DNA of 64,000 nucleotides, taken from assembly GCA_951406725.2 (NCBI GenBank), contig OX597814.1, positions 117,056,001 to 117,120,000 of the forward strand. Direction: 5' to 3'. The notes below the pieces were generated by a model that had not been told where the DNA came from, did no database searches, and saw only the letters and a list, made by a program, of their open reading frames with translations. Positions 13,241 to 26,639 of the stretch are shown in pieces. Source of the DNA: Octopus vulgaris. Its lineage: Eukaryota. A program made the translations under genes and the position numbers. Within the stretch, counting starts at the first letter, position 1. The number at the start of each line of letters is the position of its first letter.

Positions 13241-13299
13241 TTCTAAGTCTTTAAATCTTTAAATCTTTAAATCTTTATACTAGTATCTCAGAAGATGAC

Positions 13300-14060
13300 G
13301 GGTTAGGAGCAATAGCTTTTTCCCTAGGAGAATTCATTGATGAAATTTCAAGCTGAACTGGCCAGCAATTCATGAAAGTGGAATTAAAATTCATCCTTTA
13401 AAACAACCTCTTCATTTTCATTTAAAACGCCTAGCAACAAATGTCTGGAACTGGAATGGGTACATAAGTCCCCCAGTATACGCCTAGAAGTCTAAATGTA
13501 TGAACAAGCTAAAAAAAAGTGCAGTATCAACTTCTAAATTATCTGGTGAAAAATTGGAAACCAACTATCATTCTTAGGCATTGTAATCGTTAACAATAAC
13601 ACAATATACAAACTGATGTCTACTCCAGACCAACGGACATTACACAGTACCTATAATTTTCTTCATGCCATTCAAAATAACAAATCCATTATTCCATTCA
13701 ACCTAGCGAGAAGAATTAAAAAAATGACTACAATGCGGGTGTATAGAATAAAAAAAAAATTCTCCTTGAATTAATGAAAGTACCCGTCTACTGTCACAGA
13801 GAATGGAAAAGAACGAACCAAAGCCAGAGACATTGAAGAATTACCAAAAACCAAAACACAGTTCAGATGCACCGAAAACTCGTGCGACTGCCACATGATC
13901 TTAATGGATTAACCTTCAGCAATCTACTTTCCAAACAACCTATTTTCGTAACAACGGCCAGAATAGACATAATTCGTCAAACAACGACATATAATATAGA
14001 CTTTTGAACAGCTAATGTGAAACCGGTGAAGTGTGTTCCTGTATTTTAAAAATATGATTA
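13300..14060 (+). mobile_element. Degenerate Penelope-like (Neptune-type) RT fragment plus pLTR
   Basis: GTGMGT..P.YA and TDVYSRPTDITQYL...IPFNLARRI remnants; hammerhead remnant at 14000-14032. Confidence 0.6.
14000..14032 (+). ncRNA. Degenerate minimal hammerhead (U3-type core, ACCGGU stem III)
   Basis: ACUU-UUGAACA-GC.UAAU.GU-GAAA-CCGG-UG-AAGU; the G at position 17 and C at position 8 probably inactivate it. Confidence 0.5.
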
Positions 14061-14198
14061 AAATCTAATTAATTCTAATATATTCTATATGCATTTTCAA
14101 CTTTATTTCTTCTTCCAATCACTCTTCATATGTGAGTGTGTATGTGAGTGTATGTGTGTATAGAGTAACTGATAACGAGAGAGAAAATGGGAGAGAGA

Positions 14199-14245
<47 letters not shown>

Positions 14246-16114
14246 AAGTGAGGGTAGCAGAGATGGAGGAAGTGATGGACCGCGATAGCAAGAGAATGAA
14301 GTGAATGGTTAATCTAATATCAAAATACGGATGGTACTTTGCATACGTAATTAGATCTGCAGCAAAACAACTCTATACTAAAAAAAAGGTGGTAGTGATT
14401 TGAAGACTCAGCATACTTCTCGGCAAATATGCATTGATCTTAATAATGATTACAGAAAATTTAGAGGAAGGAATGTCAAAGTTTCTGTCTTGATTGTTTC
14501 CTGACTCAATCGCAACTACTGTTATCTATTGCGCTTCGTCATTGAAGTGAACATTTCTGATAAAAATGTCCAGCATATTCAGAATACTTCTTATAACAAG
14601 AATCACCAGATTTTCCTGGATTTAGTGGTTATTTGGATTCGGACATTATCCTTATTTAGCACGATTGTATTGTTACGGTTTAGACAAAGGAGTCAGCAAA
14701 TAACAACAAAGCCTGCAGAATACGATTTTGTATTGAGGAAGAAATGTCAAAACTCTCATGAAAGACAGCGCGGAGCTGTTATAATATATTTCAGTCCACG
14801 GCAGAAAGCCGTCACGAAATATTAGAGTTCAAAGCGCAGAGCTGTTACAGGTATATGCTCTGAGTTATTCTTGACTGATTATAAATCCAGTGTTAGTGAT
14901 CGAAGTCTTCAGTTGGTGTTTATTCACAATTCTCAATATGCCAGTCAAAACAAAAGGGAGGTCACTCTTGTGTTGTTGTTTACTGTTCTGGTCGATTGCA
15001 GCATTCATTAAGTCAAAGAGAAGGATAGAGTAACAGCGAATAGAAGAGGACGACAGAATGAGGCCATCATTCTGGACACTTGTCATTCTAATGCGAACTA
15101 GTGAAAGTTACAAGCATCATAACCGTCTCTGGTCACCTCTCTTCACCAACTCCTTTCACCAAGTAACTTGTCCTTGCGGAATTTTTAGTATTTATAATTA
15201 TCGCATATCAGCGAGAAAGGTATAATGTGAGAAACTTTGTTGTGGGTGATTCTTATTTATTTTCTGCTTTTGGTGGCATAGAACAGGTGAAAAAGATTAA
15301 GTGGAAAAGACATAAATCGACTTGGCAAGGACATGTGTTCTATGTAACTGGTGTCAAGCATTGTCTCTCCGTTAGAAAGTGCCGCTGTAACTTAAAGGGG
15401 AATTCCAGAGATTCAGGTTCGCATCAACATGCCCAAACGTAATCCACTATTCTTTCTTCCCAAGGAAACACACACGTAATAGTATTCATTGACAATCATA
15501 TTCATACAGGGAATAAGAACACCCAAGACCAGTGGTACCTTACATTCCGAGATGCAAACAGCTGCTAGGAATCCAGTATGAAAACATTAAATGTGACTTC
15601 TATAGATGATTATACGTCAGCGTCTATATTCCCTCACATAATATTTCTAATCACACATCTCAAGGTAGCACGAGGAGACTTCATAAATGCCAGCGCGGGC
15701 GTAATCACAACTGACTAAACATTATCATTGATATCTATTGATTTTAAGCATCACGATCCATACTAGCCCCTGACAGCAACACAGGCAGTTAGGATAAACA
15801 GAAGTATCGGTAAGATAATCTATAATTACAAGGAGGATTTACATGCTAGATTGCATATGTATTTTAACACGTTATATTCCATGGCTAGCAAAAGGTTTGC
15901 AAATAGGGGAAGAAGTAGCATAATATCTTTCACAGAATAGAGATTACTATATATTCATTGGTAGGTGAAACATCACTTTGTGCTATCAAAAAGCTATAAC
16001 TATAAACGTCAGACAATTAAGAAAAATATGACGCATAAGTTTCGTATTTAATGAGCATTTACTAAACGTGTTTGCGGATCATTGTAAATACAATTTGATT
16101 GTTGCAGAATATCA

Positions 16115-16819
16115 TAAATCTTTAAATCCTTTAAAATGTTTCAGCCCGAAAGCTGCGGCCATGCTGGGGCACCACCGTTGACTGTGCTACACTAGTATGT
16201 GAAACCACCTCTGATACGTGGCACTTGGTCAACAAAGGAGTTCGACGCCGCTCCCCGCATCTCTGTTTCCTGCCGAGAGGTAGGTTCATCTGGAACCCCT
16301 GACTAGAAGAGATCGAGTTAAGTTTTAAAGAAACCCGCATCCACACCATGCAGGTCTCTCAGGCATTTAGGAAGGATATTGAAAAGCTGTGGTCCCCTGA
16401 AATCCAAGCTGTTGCAGTATCTGGTCCTGTATTTTGATGGTGATGTTGGGATCTTTGGCACTATGCAGTGGCGCTACGTTCTGCTGTTGGGGTAACTTTC
16501 AATGCCAAAATTCGGGACAAGGCCCTCCAAGCTTTTCCAGTTGTATATCATTGCATAGCTCTCTCGCCTTCGCTCCAGGGAGAAGAGTTTTAATACTTTC
16601 AGTCTTTCCCAGTAGCTGATATGTTGCATTGAGAAGATCTTCTTAGTGTAGCTTCGTTGGATTGCTTCGAGTTCTGCTGTTAACTTTATATTGTGTGGTG
16701 ACCATAGTTAGGAGTAGTAGTTCAAGAGACTGCGGACGAATGTCTTCCAAAAGACCATAAGTGTCTCCTTCACTGTTGTTCTGAAAGTTCGGAGGATCCA
16801 TCGAGCTAGCCGTCTGCAT
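16115..16819 (-). mobile_element. CR1-group (Zenon-like) LINE 3' fragment with 3'UTR and (AAAGATTT)-like tail
   Basis: Minus translation WILRTFR...LWSPH...YWERLKVLKLFSLERRRE...GPQLFNILP...VPDEP...AASNS, with in-frame stops. Confidence 0.85.
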
Positions 16820-17163
16820 AAGTATATTATTGTTTAAAACAGTTAATTAGTGTAACATTGAGAAAAACAAGCAATGCCATCCATGTACATGACAACAAGC
16901 GCACAAACATGTGCACCTACGTGAATGCCCACATATCTGTATATTCGTGTATGTAGGAATATGCATGCATACATACACAGTTAGGTAATACATAAATAAG
17001 TACATATATGCACACACGCACACACACACAACACACACGCACACACATATATATTACTTACAAAGACACATGATACATGATACATATAGAGATCCATGTA
17101 TATGCATGTTGTCTGTGTATATTTATATATTTCCATACATATATATATATATATATTCTAGCA

Positions 17164-17306
17164 AAAACTGTCCAATGAACGGCAACGGGAAACTCAGAGT
17201 AACAGGTTTTGTTGAATTTTCTGCTGCTTTAAATAAAGCATATTACGCTACCACTGGTATTTGAGTACTCTTTTTTCCACCTTGTTTCACATTTATGTGT
17301 TTACTG

Positions 17307-17308
<2 letters not shown>
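17164..17308 (+). mobile_element. Short pLTR fragment between (TA)n tracts with a degenerate hammerhead (17168-17205)
   Basis: CUGU-CCAAUGA...GAAACUCAGAGUA-ACAG; same ACUCAGAGU stem III as the 7.3-kb motif; followed by AATAAA. Confidence 0.45.
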
Positions 17309-17358
<50 letters not shown>

Positions 17359-17361
<3 letters not shown>

Positions 17362-18448
17362 GGTAAAATATGAAAAATCAACGAAAATGCATATTGCAAA
17401 TAGAAAAAGGCTATTTATGACAGGTAACGACAAATATATACATTTAGATTCACTGAGGTAGTAATACGAGTCTTAAAAGTCATTATTATGAGATGATTAT
17501 AAGATGATAATAAAGTAGAGAGAAAAACGAACCAATGTTTTACGCAAAGTATTCATCGTTTGAACAACACCGGTTAATACACGGTGTCAGGTCTAATAGT
17601 TCCTGAGAAAAAGATTATTTGTAAGGGAGGTAAGTAGTTCTGGATTATTTGTAAGGGAGGTAATTAGTTCTGGATTTAGAGATGTGAGTGTATAGGGTTT
17701 AGTGGTTTCAATTGAAGAGTTAGTGGTGTTCTGTATTGAGTTGTGTGTTCATATTTAGTTGGAGGAGAAATTTATTGATGAAAAATGCCTCTTTATTCAA
17801 CCTTTGTTGCATTGTGGTGTTCTGTGAACATTGGTAAAAGAGACATATTTGGAAATTGGGATTAAGTTTCCTGGCACATCTTTCTATGTGTTCACTCACC
17901 TTTAACTGTCTGTATTGTGGGTGACGGATTTGCTCTTTGTGAATGATCTTTCTTTGACGGAGCGAAATTCCTGTTTGTCCAATATAGAGTTTACGACATC
18001 CTATGCATGTCATTACATAGATTACATTTGCTGAGGCGCAGGTGAAATTTGATTTGATCTTGTTTGAATTGGAATTCTGAACCCTCCAAAAAGGGTCTAC
18101 GTTTTGTCACTTTTGGCTCAGTTGTTAGTGGGTAAAGTCTAGCGCTGGTTAAAAATTTTCCAGTGACTTCGGTTGCTTTTTGCTTTTTATAATTTTAAAT
18201 GAGCTTAAAATTTCGTTCATTGTTTTGTCTGCTGTGAGGACGGGAAGGTTTTGGGTGATGATGCTGAAGGCTTCGTTGTTTCTGGGGTTATGTGTGGAGA
18301 TGTACGGGAGTATTTTAAAGTCTTGTTTAGTATTTCGGCTGGTTTTCCTTAACCTTTGTATATCTATTTCCTTAGCTCTTTTGATGAGATTGGGTAATGT
18401 CTTTTAGTTAGTGTAGATCTAAGTTCAAGAAGTCTATGTTCTCGAGTG
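17359..18448 (-). mobile_element. Penelope-like element (Neptune-type) 3' fragment with GIY-YIG endonuclease, flanked by (TA)n
   Basis: ORF 17720-18013: (NVIY)MTCIGCRKLYIGQT..LRQR...H...VSEH...E.FFI.KF. Confidence 0.85.
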
Positions 18449-18469
18449 TATATATATATAACATTGTAT

Positions 18470-18757
18470 CACTGTATTCACCATGCTATCGGACGCTGTT
18501 ATACATCGCTGTTCACAATACACTTTTTAGATTTTTAGTAACATTTAGATTTTGATTAATATTACTCTGCTAACGAGAAGGGTAGTGTAACATATCCGCT
18601 GAAAGAGAAGCCAATGTGACGCAGGTTTTCCCATTTATAGCAGAGTGAGAAGGAACAACATAGAATGAATTATTTTGTTCAAGAAAAACAACGCCCTGCC
18701 AGGCTTGGAATTGGAGGTAAGAGTTCGCGACCGTACCTGCAATACCCTACGCACTTT
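18470..18757 (-). mobile_element. tRNA-derived SINE (family C), degenerate
   Basis: Similar to 1982-2242. Confidence 0.45.
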
Positions 18758-18827
18758 CACATACACACACACACACAGACACATACACACGGACGCACAC
18801 ACGCGCACACAGAGTATCGCACACACT

Positions 18828-18861
<34 letters not shown>

Positions 18862-18872
18862 GGGAATGGATA

Positions 18873-18936
<64 letters not shown>

Positions 18937-19574
18937 AGATGGGAAATGAGAGAGAGAGAATGTGAGATGGAATGACACATATGAAATAATCTTCAATGTA
19001 AATAGGGGCTTACAAGAAAACAAACAGAATATAAAGATCTACCAAAGATTTGTGTAAAATAAAATAATATTTACCGGTTATTTCAGCTGTTATGCCAGTT
19101 ATTCCGTCTTCAAGTTTTTCTTTCTCATTGCTTATCAAAGGCAAAACACGGAGAGTTAGGAATGGATTTCTGTGTTTGAGGTTGATAAGGGATGGGAAGA
19201 ATGCCTGTAAGAGAAATCGATAATAGAAATAATCCGGCTATATCATATACATGTATATGTGTGTGTGTGTGTGTGTGTGTGCGCCACATAGTGTATGTGC
19301 GTCTTTGTGTGTCTTAGTGTGTGAGTGTATGTTTTGTATATGCTTTTCATGTTATCAGACATATTTCGTAATGCCTACATATATATGTTCGATTACTTGC
19401 GGTATTGCGTTGCGCGAACAATCTATGTTTTTTGTCATTATTATTGGTAAACCAACATCTATTTGTGAAACATTATTATTTTTATTTCGTTCAAAAACAC
19501 TGTATTCCGTTATTAATCCCTACGAACTAACCAAGGCTTCCGAAAATTTTGTTCATTTCATATAAATAAATAAA

Positions 19575-19610
<36 letters not shown>

Positions 19611-19648
19611 TAGATAGATAGATATATAGATATATATAGATATATATT

Positions 19649-19680
<32 letters not shown>

Positions 19681-19744
19681 TATACATACATACATATATA
19701 TATATATATACAAAAAACATACGTACGTACGTGTGTGTATGCAT

Positions 19745-19920
19745 TGTTCGGTGGTTAGAACGTCGGACTCATGAGATAGTTAGTTCGATTCACAAATCAG
19801 GCTGTGTGTTGTGTCCTTAAGCAAGACACTTTATTTCACGTTGCTCCAGTTCACTCAGCTGTAGAAATGAGTTGCGACATCACTGGTGTCTAACTGAATC
19901 AGGCTTTCACTTTCCCTCGG
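19745..19920 (+). mobile_element. tRNA-derived SINE, degenerate
   Basis: GTGGTTAG A box, GTTCGATTC B box, GTGTTGTGTCCTTAAGCAAGACACTT central domain. Confidence 0.6.
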
Positions 19921-19984
19921 AGGGTAACTTTCTAGATGCAATCCCATGATCATATGATTGAAGGGGTGGAATTTAACCTTTCCC

Positions 19985-20021
<37 letters not shown>

Positions 20022-21054
20022 AAACAAAGATACGTGTACTGAGATATGTATACATACCTATATATATATATATGTATATATCATTTCAAAATATTATTCT
20101 GTTTGATTTCATCATTACAAAACACATACACAAACTCACACACAAACGCACACTCAAATACACACACATCACCATACTTATTTGGGCCGTACGTACATAA
20201 GCATGTATCAATGTATGTACATAAGTATGTTTCAATGAGTGCGTGTTTTTGTGCTTGCATTTGTCTCCTATCGCATTTTTCGTTTGTTCACATCACAGTG
20301 ACGGCGTTTCTTCAAAAGATATGGTTAGCATAAGTCCAAGGCTTATAAAAGTAAGTTCTGTTTACTAGTCTTTTAACTAAACCTCTTTTAGGCGACGCTC
20401 CAGCATGGCCGCAGCGTAACCACTTGAACAAATAAAAGATCTGTTTACAGAAAACCAAATATTAAACTAATATTATAAACATCGCAAAGAAGAATCTTTC
20501 TTTAGTCGATTTAGCGAGGTTAAATATATTGAGATGACAGAAAGTTAGTTAATCCTCAAACTGTCAATCAACAATAATCTTCTTATAATAATTCTAACAT
20601 ACAATGCAGCTTTTGTATAGTAATCTCAAGATATAGCAAGAGATGAATTAATTTATTCTACTGCCATCTCTATTGAATAATATGTACACTGATCCAGTGA
20701 TACTGACGTGTATAAAATCTAGAAGAGGATTTCTTGTATTTATAAGAATTTCTAACATTAGAATTAGGTTATATAGATTGTGATAGAAACAGTCGATAGA
20801 TTTGCTAAGCTTTCGATGATTAATTAAACAGACATTGAGATTTGAACATAGAACGTAAACAAAGTGTATGTAAATGAGGTAGAATCATCTGTCCAATGCT
20901 CCGCTTATAAAACAAAATGAACTTCTTTGTTTTACGTACTTATAACGATTTCTTATATAGGTATAAAACCAGATAGTTGATGCTGATGTGTCTGTTGATA
21001 AATTTGATTCTGTTTTTTTTTTTTTGAGGGAGAATGAAATGAAAAGGTAACTGC

Positions 21055-21660
21055 GACATGGCTGTGCGGTTAACAAGCTCGTTTTGCATCTACATGATTT
21101 CTGATCAGTCATACTGCACGGCACCTTGGGCAAGTGTCTTCTGCTATAGTCCCGGTCCAACTAATACCTTATAAATGAAAAGGCGGCGAGATGGCAGAAA
21201 CGTTAGCACACCGGGCGAGATGCTTAGCGGTATTTCGTCTGCCGTTACGTTTTGAGTTCAAATTCCGCCGAGGTCGACTTTGCCTTTCAAACATTCGGGG
21301 TCGATAAATTAAGTACCAGTTACGCACTGGGGTCGATGTAATCGACGTAATCCCCATGTCTGTACTTGTTTGTTCCCTCTATGTTTAACCCCTTGTGGGC
21401 AATAAAGAAATACTTCAAAAATGAATTTAATTGGAGAAAATGTACGGAAGCCAAATATATATGTGTGTGTGTATGTGTGCGCGTGTTTGTGTGTGTATGT
21501 GTGAACGTGGCTTGGTGCCTGTGTTTGTCTTACAGCCTCCACTTAACTTCGTTACCTCGATTTGTTTGCGTCCACTTTGCGTAGTAAAAGAGACCGATTG
21601 AATAAGAACCAGATTAGTAACATTGATGTTTAGATTGGACCGAAACCCTTTAGGGTAAAG
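21055..21660 (+). mobile_element. SINE family B (degenerate) with a nested SINE family A at 21182-21411
   Basis: The B head (ATGGCTGTGCGGTTAA...GGCACCTTGGGCAAGTGTCTTC) resumes after the full A copy. Confidence 0.8.
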
Positions 21661-21668
21661 CATAATTA

Positions 21669-21922
21669 CAGTTCTATGTTTAATACATTATTTACATTTG
21701 ACAGATATTTGTCCTCGTTTTGTTTGTTGTTACCACAACGTTTCGGCTGATATACCCTCCAGCCTTCATCAGGTGTCTTGGGGAAATTTCGAACCTGATG
21801 AAGGCTGGAGGGTATATCAGCCGAAAAGTTGTGTCAACAACAAACAAGATGAGACAAATATCCGTCAAATGTAAATAATGTACATAATGTACATAATTCC
21901 TCATTTCTTAAATATAGAACTG
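21669..21922. mobile_element. Fold-back pLTR-like element with two outward-pointing hammerhead motifs
   Basis: Imperfect arms 21669-21774 and 21793-21922; combined consensus GACAC-CUGAUGA-A-GGCUG...CAGCC-GAAA-CG-UU-GUGUC. Confidence 0.8.
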
Positions 21923-23599
21923 CCTATGTCTAATACTACTAAAAGATAAAAGATAAGGTGTAGAACAAATAAAGGCATTCTATTCAAGTTTAAATATTTA
22001 TCAAACATATACCCAATTATCTACAAGTGAATTAAAATTGCATACACGTACTTGGTTACAGGTAAATAATAAATGACAGCAGCAATATATATTTTCTGAA
22101 GATATACTAAAATATTTGACCAATTTCTACCTAATCGAAAAAGAGAAATCCCAAGGATAACGTCTTGGTCCGCAGTTAAACTCGGAACATAAAAGAATGT
22201 AAACTAACATGAAGTAAATTATTCCGGTATTCTACACATCTTCCTATCACCAACTCACCTTTTTCTCTTTAAGAGTATACTGATGAGAATATTGCACTGA
22301 ACAAGTGTTACAGTTATGTTGATTTATGATTCTTTATGTGGTATGAAATAGGCTATCTTACTGATATCCATTTATGTCACGAATCCCCTAGAACCATTTT
22401 CTGATAATAGGTTTATCTTCAATCAACGTCATCCAAAACTATTTCATTTGATTCCTTATTGTTAAGGAGATATGCCATTTCCATTGCTAGTATTATATAT
22501 AAATTTACGAAGTATATATTTCGTTTAAATTCTGTTGATGATTTTTCTGCTACAAATCCATTATAGTTTATGGGCATCTTAAATTTCTTTACTAAGCGAA
22601 GCACGATAATTCATTCAAATGGAGGACAATATAAACATTGAATTCTTAAAAATAATTGCATTGGTCCACGAACATTAATTTGTATTCATCTAGAACAACA
22701 TTAATATGAATAGTTGTTAATTCAACCTATGATCCTTACGGCTTTTGATTAACTCCAAATTCCATTTATCATTCATTTTCATATAATTCTCGCTACATTA
22801 AGCTGAACGCTATCATGTAGGATATAATTTGATGGAATAATTTTTCTATGCTCTTGACACATCATATCATTCGAGAATATTTCTTATCCATTGGGATTTC
22901 TTCCTATTTATTCCGTTTATCTTTCCTTATCTGTTTCTTCATATTTGAGTAGTTGTTCTTCAATACAGCTCTATTAGCTTTTTGAATGTCACTATGTATT
23001 GCTTGCATTTGTCTTTTTTGTTGAGTAATTGGAAAGATGGTTTTCATTTAAATAAAACAGTTTTTCAGGAACATCTCTTTCAATGCGAGTAGTTTTCCTT
23101 TTATCGCTATTCTTATTTTATTGAATGTGTCGAAACCTATCTGATTCAGCTGTTATTTGCGCAGCTGAGACCATTACCCATTGATTAAGAGCAGTTGGGA
23201 ATAACGTCGTTTATTTAATAGAATTTTCAGACTTAGATCAGCTCGTTTACTAATATCTCCCATTAATATATAGTGATGCATAGCTACTTATTTTAAAATG
23301 ATTATCAGAATTGTACGTCCATGACATGAAATTAAACACACAACCTCTGATGGAAGCTTATAAAATTCTCAAACCTCTGAACCACATTTTGTGGTCATAT
23401 TATCTATACACGACTGATCCATCTATCTGTCTGTCTGTCTGTTTGTCTGTCTATCTATCTATCTATATATCTATCTATCTATCTATCTATCTATGTTTAT
23501 GTATGTACATATGTATGTATAATGACACACGTCGGCGCATGCATATTTGCATACACTTACACTAACATGTTTAGTGAATTCAGTTCACTAACATGTGAA

Positions 23600-24250
23600 T
23601 TGAGCTGGATTGGCCCAAAGTGATTAACACCCAGTACATTCAGTCATCTTGTGGGCAAATCTACTATTCTCTTCTATTAGAATTTTCTGCATTTAAAGGC
23701 GAAAAATTATTCCAGGTGAATTTTTACATCCTCTTCAAAGAAGGACAGCAGCTTTCGAATCCCACCAAGTCGAAAGCACAACCATCATTGGCAGAAACCC
23801 TGCCTCGGAGTTTGTGGTGGTTCACCGTACTTCCATCCTGATAGTTTGTACTTCACATTATTTTAGACGATCCACATTTTCCCCTCTGTTACCATTCTCT
23901 TCAAAAAAGATCTTTTCCCTTCATGTTACTGGGATCATTCCTGTATATAGTTTTCAACACGCGATCTGTAATGATCCTGGTCATACAAACAGAGTTGGTG
24001 TTCACTGACCCATTCATTTTGTCGCTATTAATCTCAATCGGAAGGTTAGACAAATTTCCCGATCAAGGTCTTAAAATCCATTTACGGAATACACGTTCCA
24101 TCACAGCATCGTGTCTGTAGAGAATGCATATTTTCCTGAAGATTCCTGCTGCTTTCTTACCTTTTAATAAAATAAATAAATAAAAAGCCCGAGATATCGA
24201 TAATATGCAATTGGCCTCGCACTTTCAGGTCGTTCCCAAACACATAAAAC
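23600..24250 (-). mobile_element. Degenerate mariner transposase remnant
   Basis: Minus translation: KGKKAAGIFRKICILY..AVMERVFRKW; FLKRMVTEGKMWIV*NN; MMVVLSTWWDSK (mariner VTGDEKW and VMLSVWWD motifs). Confidence 0.7.
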
Positions 24251-25479
24251 CCAGCCTAAATCATCGCAAGTTCGCGTCGAACCATGATGAAGAATTAAGT
24301 AGCTAACGGGTCCACGTGCACTGGAGGAAGACTACTTATTAGAGTGCTTGAAATTTAATGTCAATAGAAAAAAATGAATTTTTGGGCAAACTTCATATTT
24401 TGTTATATGATTGTTTAAACTCAGGTCAGAACCAATCAATAATATCAATGATGAAAGTGTCACGAAGCGTGACACTTCGGTGTTTTTATCTTATGTATAG
24501 CCAACTATGTTAGACAATTTTTTCTTCCCTATTTTAACAAGTTAGGGTTTAATTGAATGGAGAGGGTGCTGTCATTTCTAGCGGATCGCGCGAGCACCTA
24601 GATGTCCCTGTGTTAATGTGTAGATCTATACGGATATGAATAGACTGTGATTTCTGACGAATGTCACTTCAATTTGCTTTGTTTTAACACGCAATATGTG
24701 CGTGACAAACATAAACAAAATATCGGACAGCCTTCAATGATATACGCTGTTATTAGCTAAACACCTTTCAGTGTTTACACAACAACTGATGTGGCAAATC
24801 GAGAAAAGTAATACATTTATTAAATTCTTCTTGTTTCTCAAGGCAGATGAGACCATCAAATTTACACATATGTTATTGTCAATATTTACGTTAATTTATT
24901 ATTTATTCTTAAGTTTATAAAATATTTATGTTGAGAGCTATTTCACAAGATATATATAATCTTTCAAGTTTCTTTAGCAGCGGAGATTGCATAAGGATGA
25001 ATGAGATCTCATGGGGAAAATATGATTAGGAACTAACTTGACAAGTTTAATTTGCAACTTCTAAAACATTACATAACATATTTTCACAATATTTTTAAAC
25101 ACTCCCTTGAAGTCGACTTCATAATTTTGATTGAATTTTTCCGAGGTGGACGCAAACAGGTGAAGCGTTTCTTATTTTCTTTACTTTTCTATATTTTTAA
25201 ATAGACACAGTCGCAGAATCGTTGCACCGAGGATAGTATGCTTTATGATATATGTTCCGGGTGCTCAATGTCATTGAGTGCAAATTCTGCCGAGATAAGC
25301 ATAGTTAAGAGTGTCTCCTAAATTTCAAACCTTTCACTCGTTTTATAAACAATTGTTAGTGTTATTGTTGCTACGATCATCGTTATGGGAGCGGGTGTAG
25401 AACACCGAAATGAATTATTCGCGCTGGTTCTTGAACATAATTTTGTTCTGACCTCAAATCCCACCAAAGTCGATATTTC

Positions 25480-26639
25480 AGAGCCTGAAGTATATATAAA
25501 GCAATAAATGGTGCGCATGTGGAGAAATGATAGGAGAGGAAAAATTATACTAAGTCAGAATGCTTAATTGAAAGTAAATTATAATAAAAATGGGTGTATG
25601 GAGAATTTAAAAAATAATAAATCATAACGGTTTTCATCACAAAGCAAATTTTCAAGATTTGAAAGGGGAAAATAATTTTTTTTTAAATTGAGGAAGGGGA
25701 AAAAGAAATTTACAATGTTTTTTTTTCAAAAAATAATAATAAACATATACAAAAATTAATACATAAGTATACCGATACATTGTAGAGTCTTTATGCTTTT
25801 AGCGCTCAATAATAGTCTTTGGAGGATTTCTTTAATCCGTGTGATTAAAAGTTGTGCTTAGTTTAAAGTATTTGGTAAAAGAGTGTCAAAACAGGAAATA
25901 GGGTAGGAGTTATCTAGTTCCTGTGAGTAAGGGGAGACCACTCTGTGGATTTTATGCTCTTCAATTGGGATGATGGACTTTTTGTCAAACAGGATGCTTA
26001 TATCAATTTTTTGTCAGATAAGATGTTAGAAAAAGGATTATGGTCATCGTGTAGTTTGCATATTAAGATGCGTTTGGAATTTTTCAATAAAAACATTCTA
26101 CTTGTGGATTCTTTCTTTTGTAGTGATTCCGTCTTTACATTGGTAGAACGGGAATATGTGAAATTTAGAATGTTTGCCTCTAGCGCACGAGTCTATGTGG
26201 CTCCTTAGTGGAATTTGACGGTATTCTGGGAGATTTATCTGTTCTTTATGGACCGCTACTCTTCTACGTGAAGGAAGTCTCATTTGTCCAACATAATTGT
26301 GTTGGCAACAGGCGCATGTGAGAACGTAGATGAGGTTCTCGGAGGAACAGGAGAAGTTGGTCTTGATTTTAAACTTTGTTCCTTGTTTGAAAGTAAATTC
26401 AGAGCCTTCAAGTAGGAAGGGGCAGGTACCACAGTTAGGGCGTGCACATCTTTTAACTGATGGGGTGGGTGTGGTGTGTGAAATTTGGCAACCCCAAAAG
26501 TATCGATGCATACACCACAATCACACAAAACCTCCCCTTACTGTCCACAGACCCAAAAGTGAAAAATATTATCAATTCACATAAAATCCTCAAATGCAAA
26601 AGGCGACATAAATCTGTGAAAAAACTCTTGACAATGCCA
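25480..26639 (-). mobile_element. Penelope-like element (Neptune-type) 3' fragment with GIY-YIG domain; 5' segment (26489-26639) inverted
   Basis: ORF 26098-26520 has CARPNCGTC...NLIYVLTC..C..NYVGQ; plus strand 26489-26639 encodes the immediately upstream linker NPK...QNLPLL...KKLLT. Confidence 0.85.

Noticed and set aside
17523-17565. Minus-strand AAACG-ATGAA-TAC..GTA-AAACATTGGTT-CGTTT in the PLE 3' region
   Set aside because: It is positioned like a pLTR hammerhead, but both core segments are broken
17613-17675. CRISPR-like or regulatory repeat (30-bp duplication; also a ~62-bp-period duplication at 51570-51680 and a 60-bp-period one at 63060-63160)
   Set aside because: Simple two-copy tandem duplications with no spacer array or cas genes, in a eukaryotic context
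19068-19118. Minus-strand TTGAAGA...GAAATAACCGGTAA
   Set aside because: Stems I and III cannot be formed consistently
22400-23260. AT-rich stretch with a coding-like feel on the minus strand
   Set aside because: No family motif could be identified by eye
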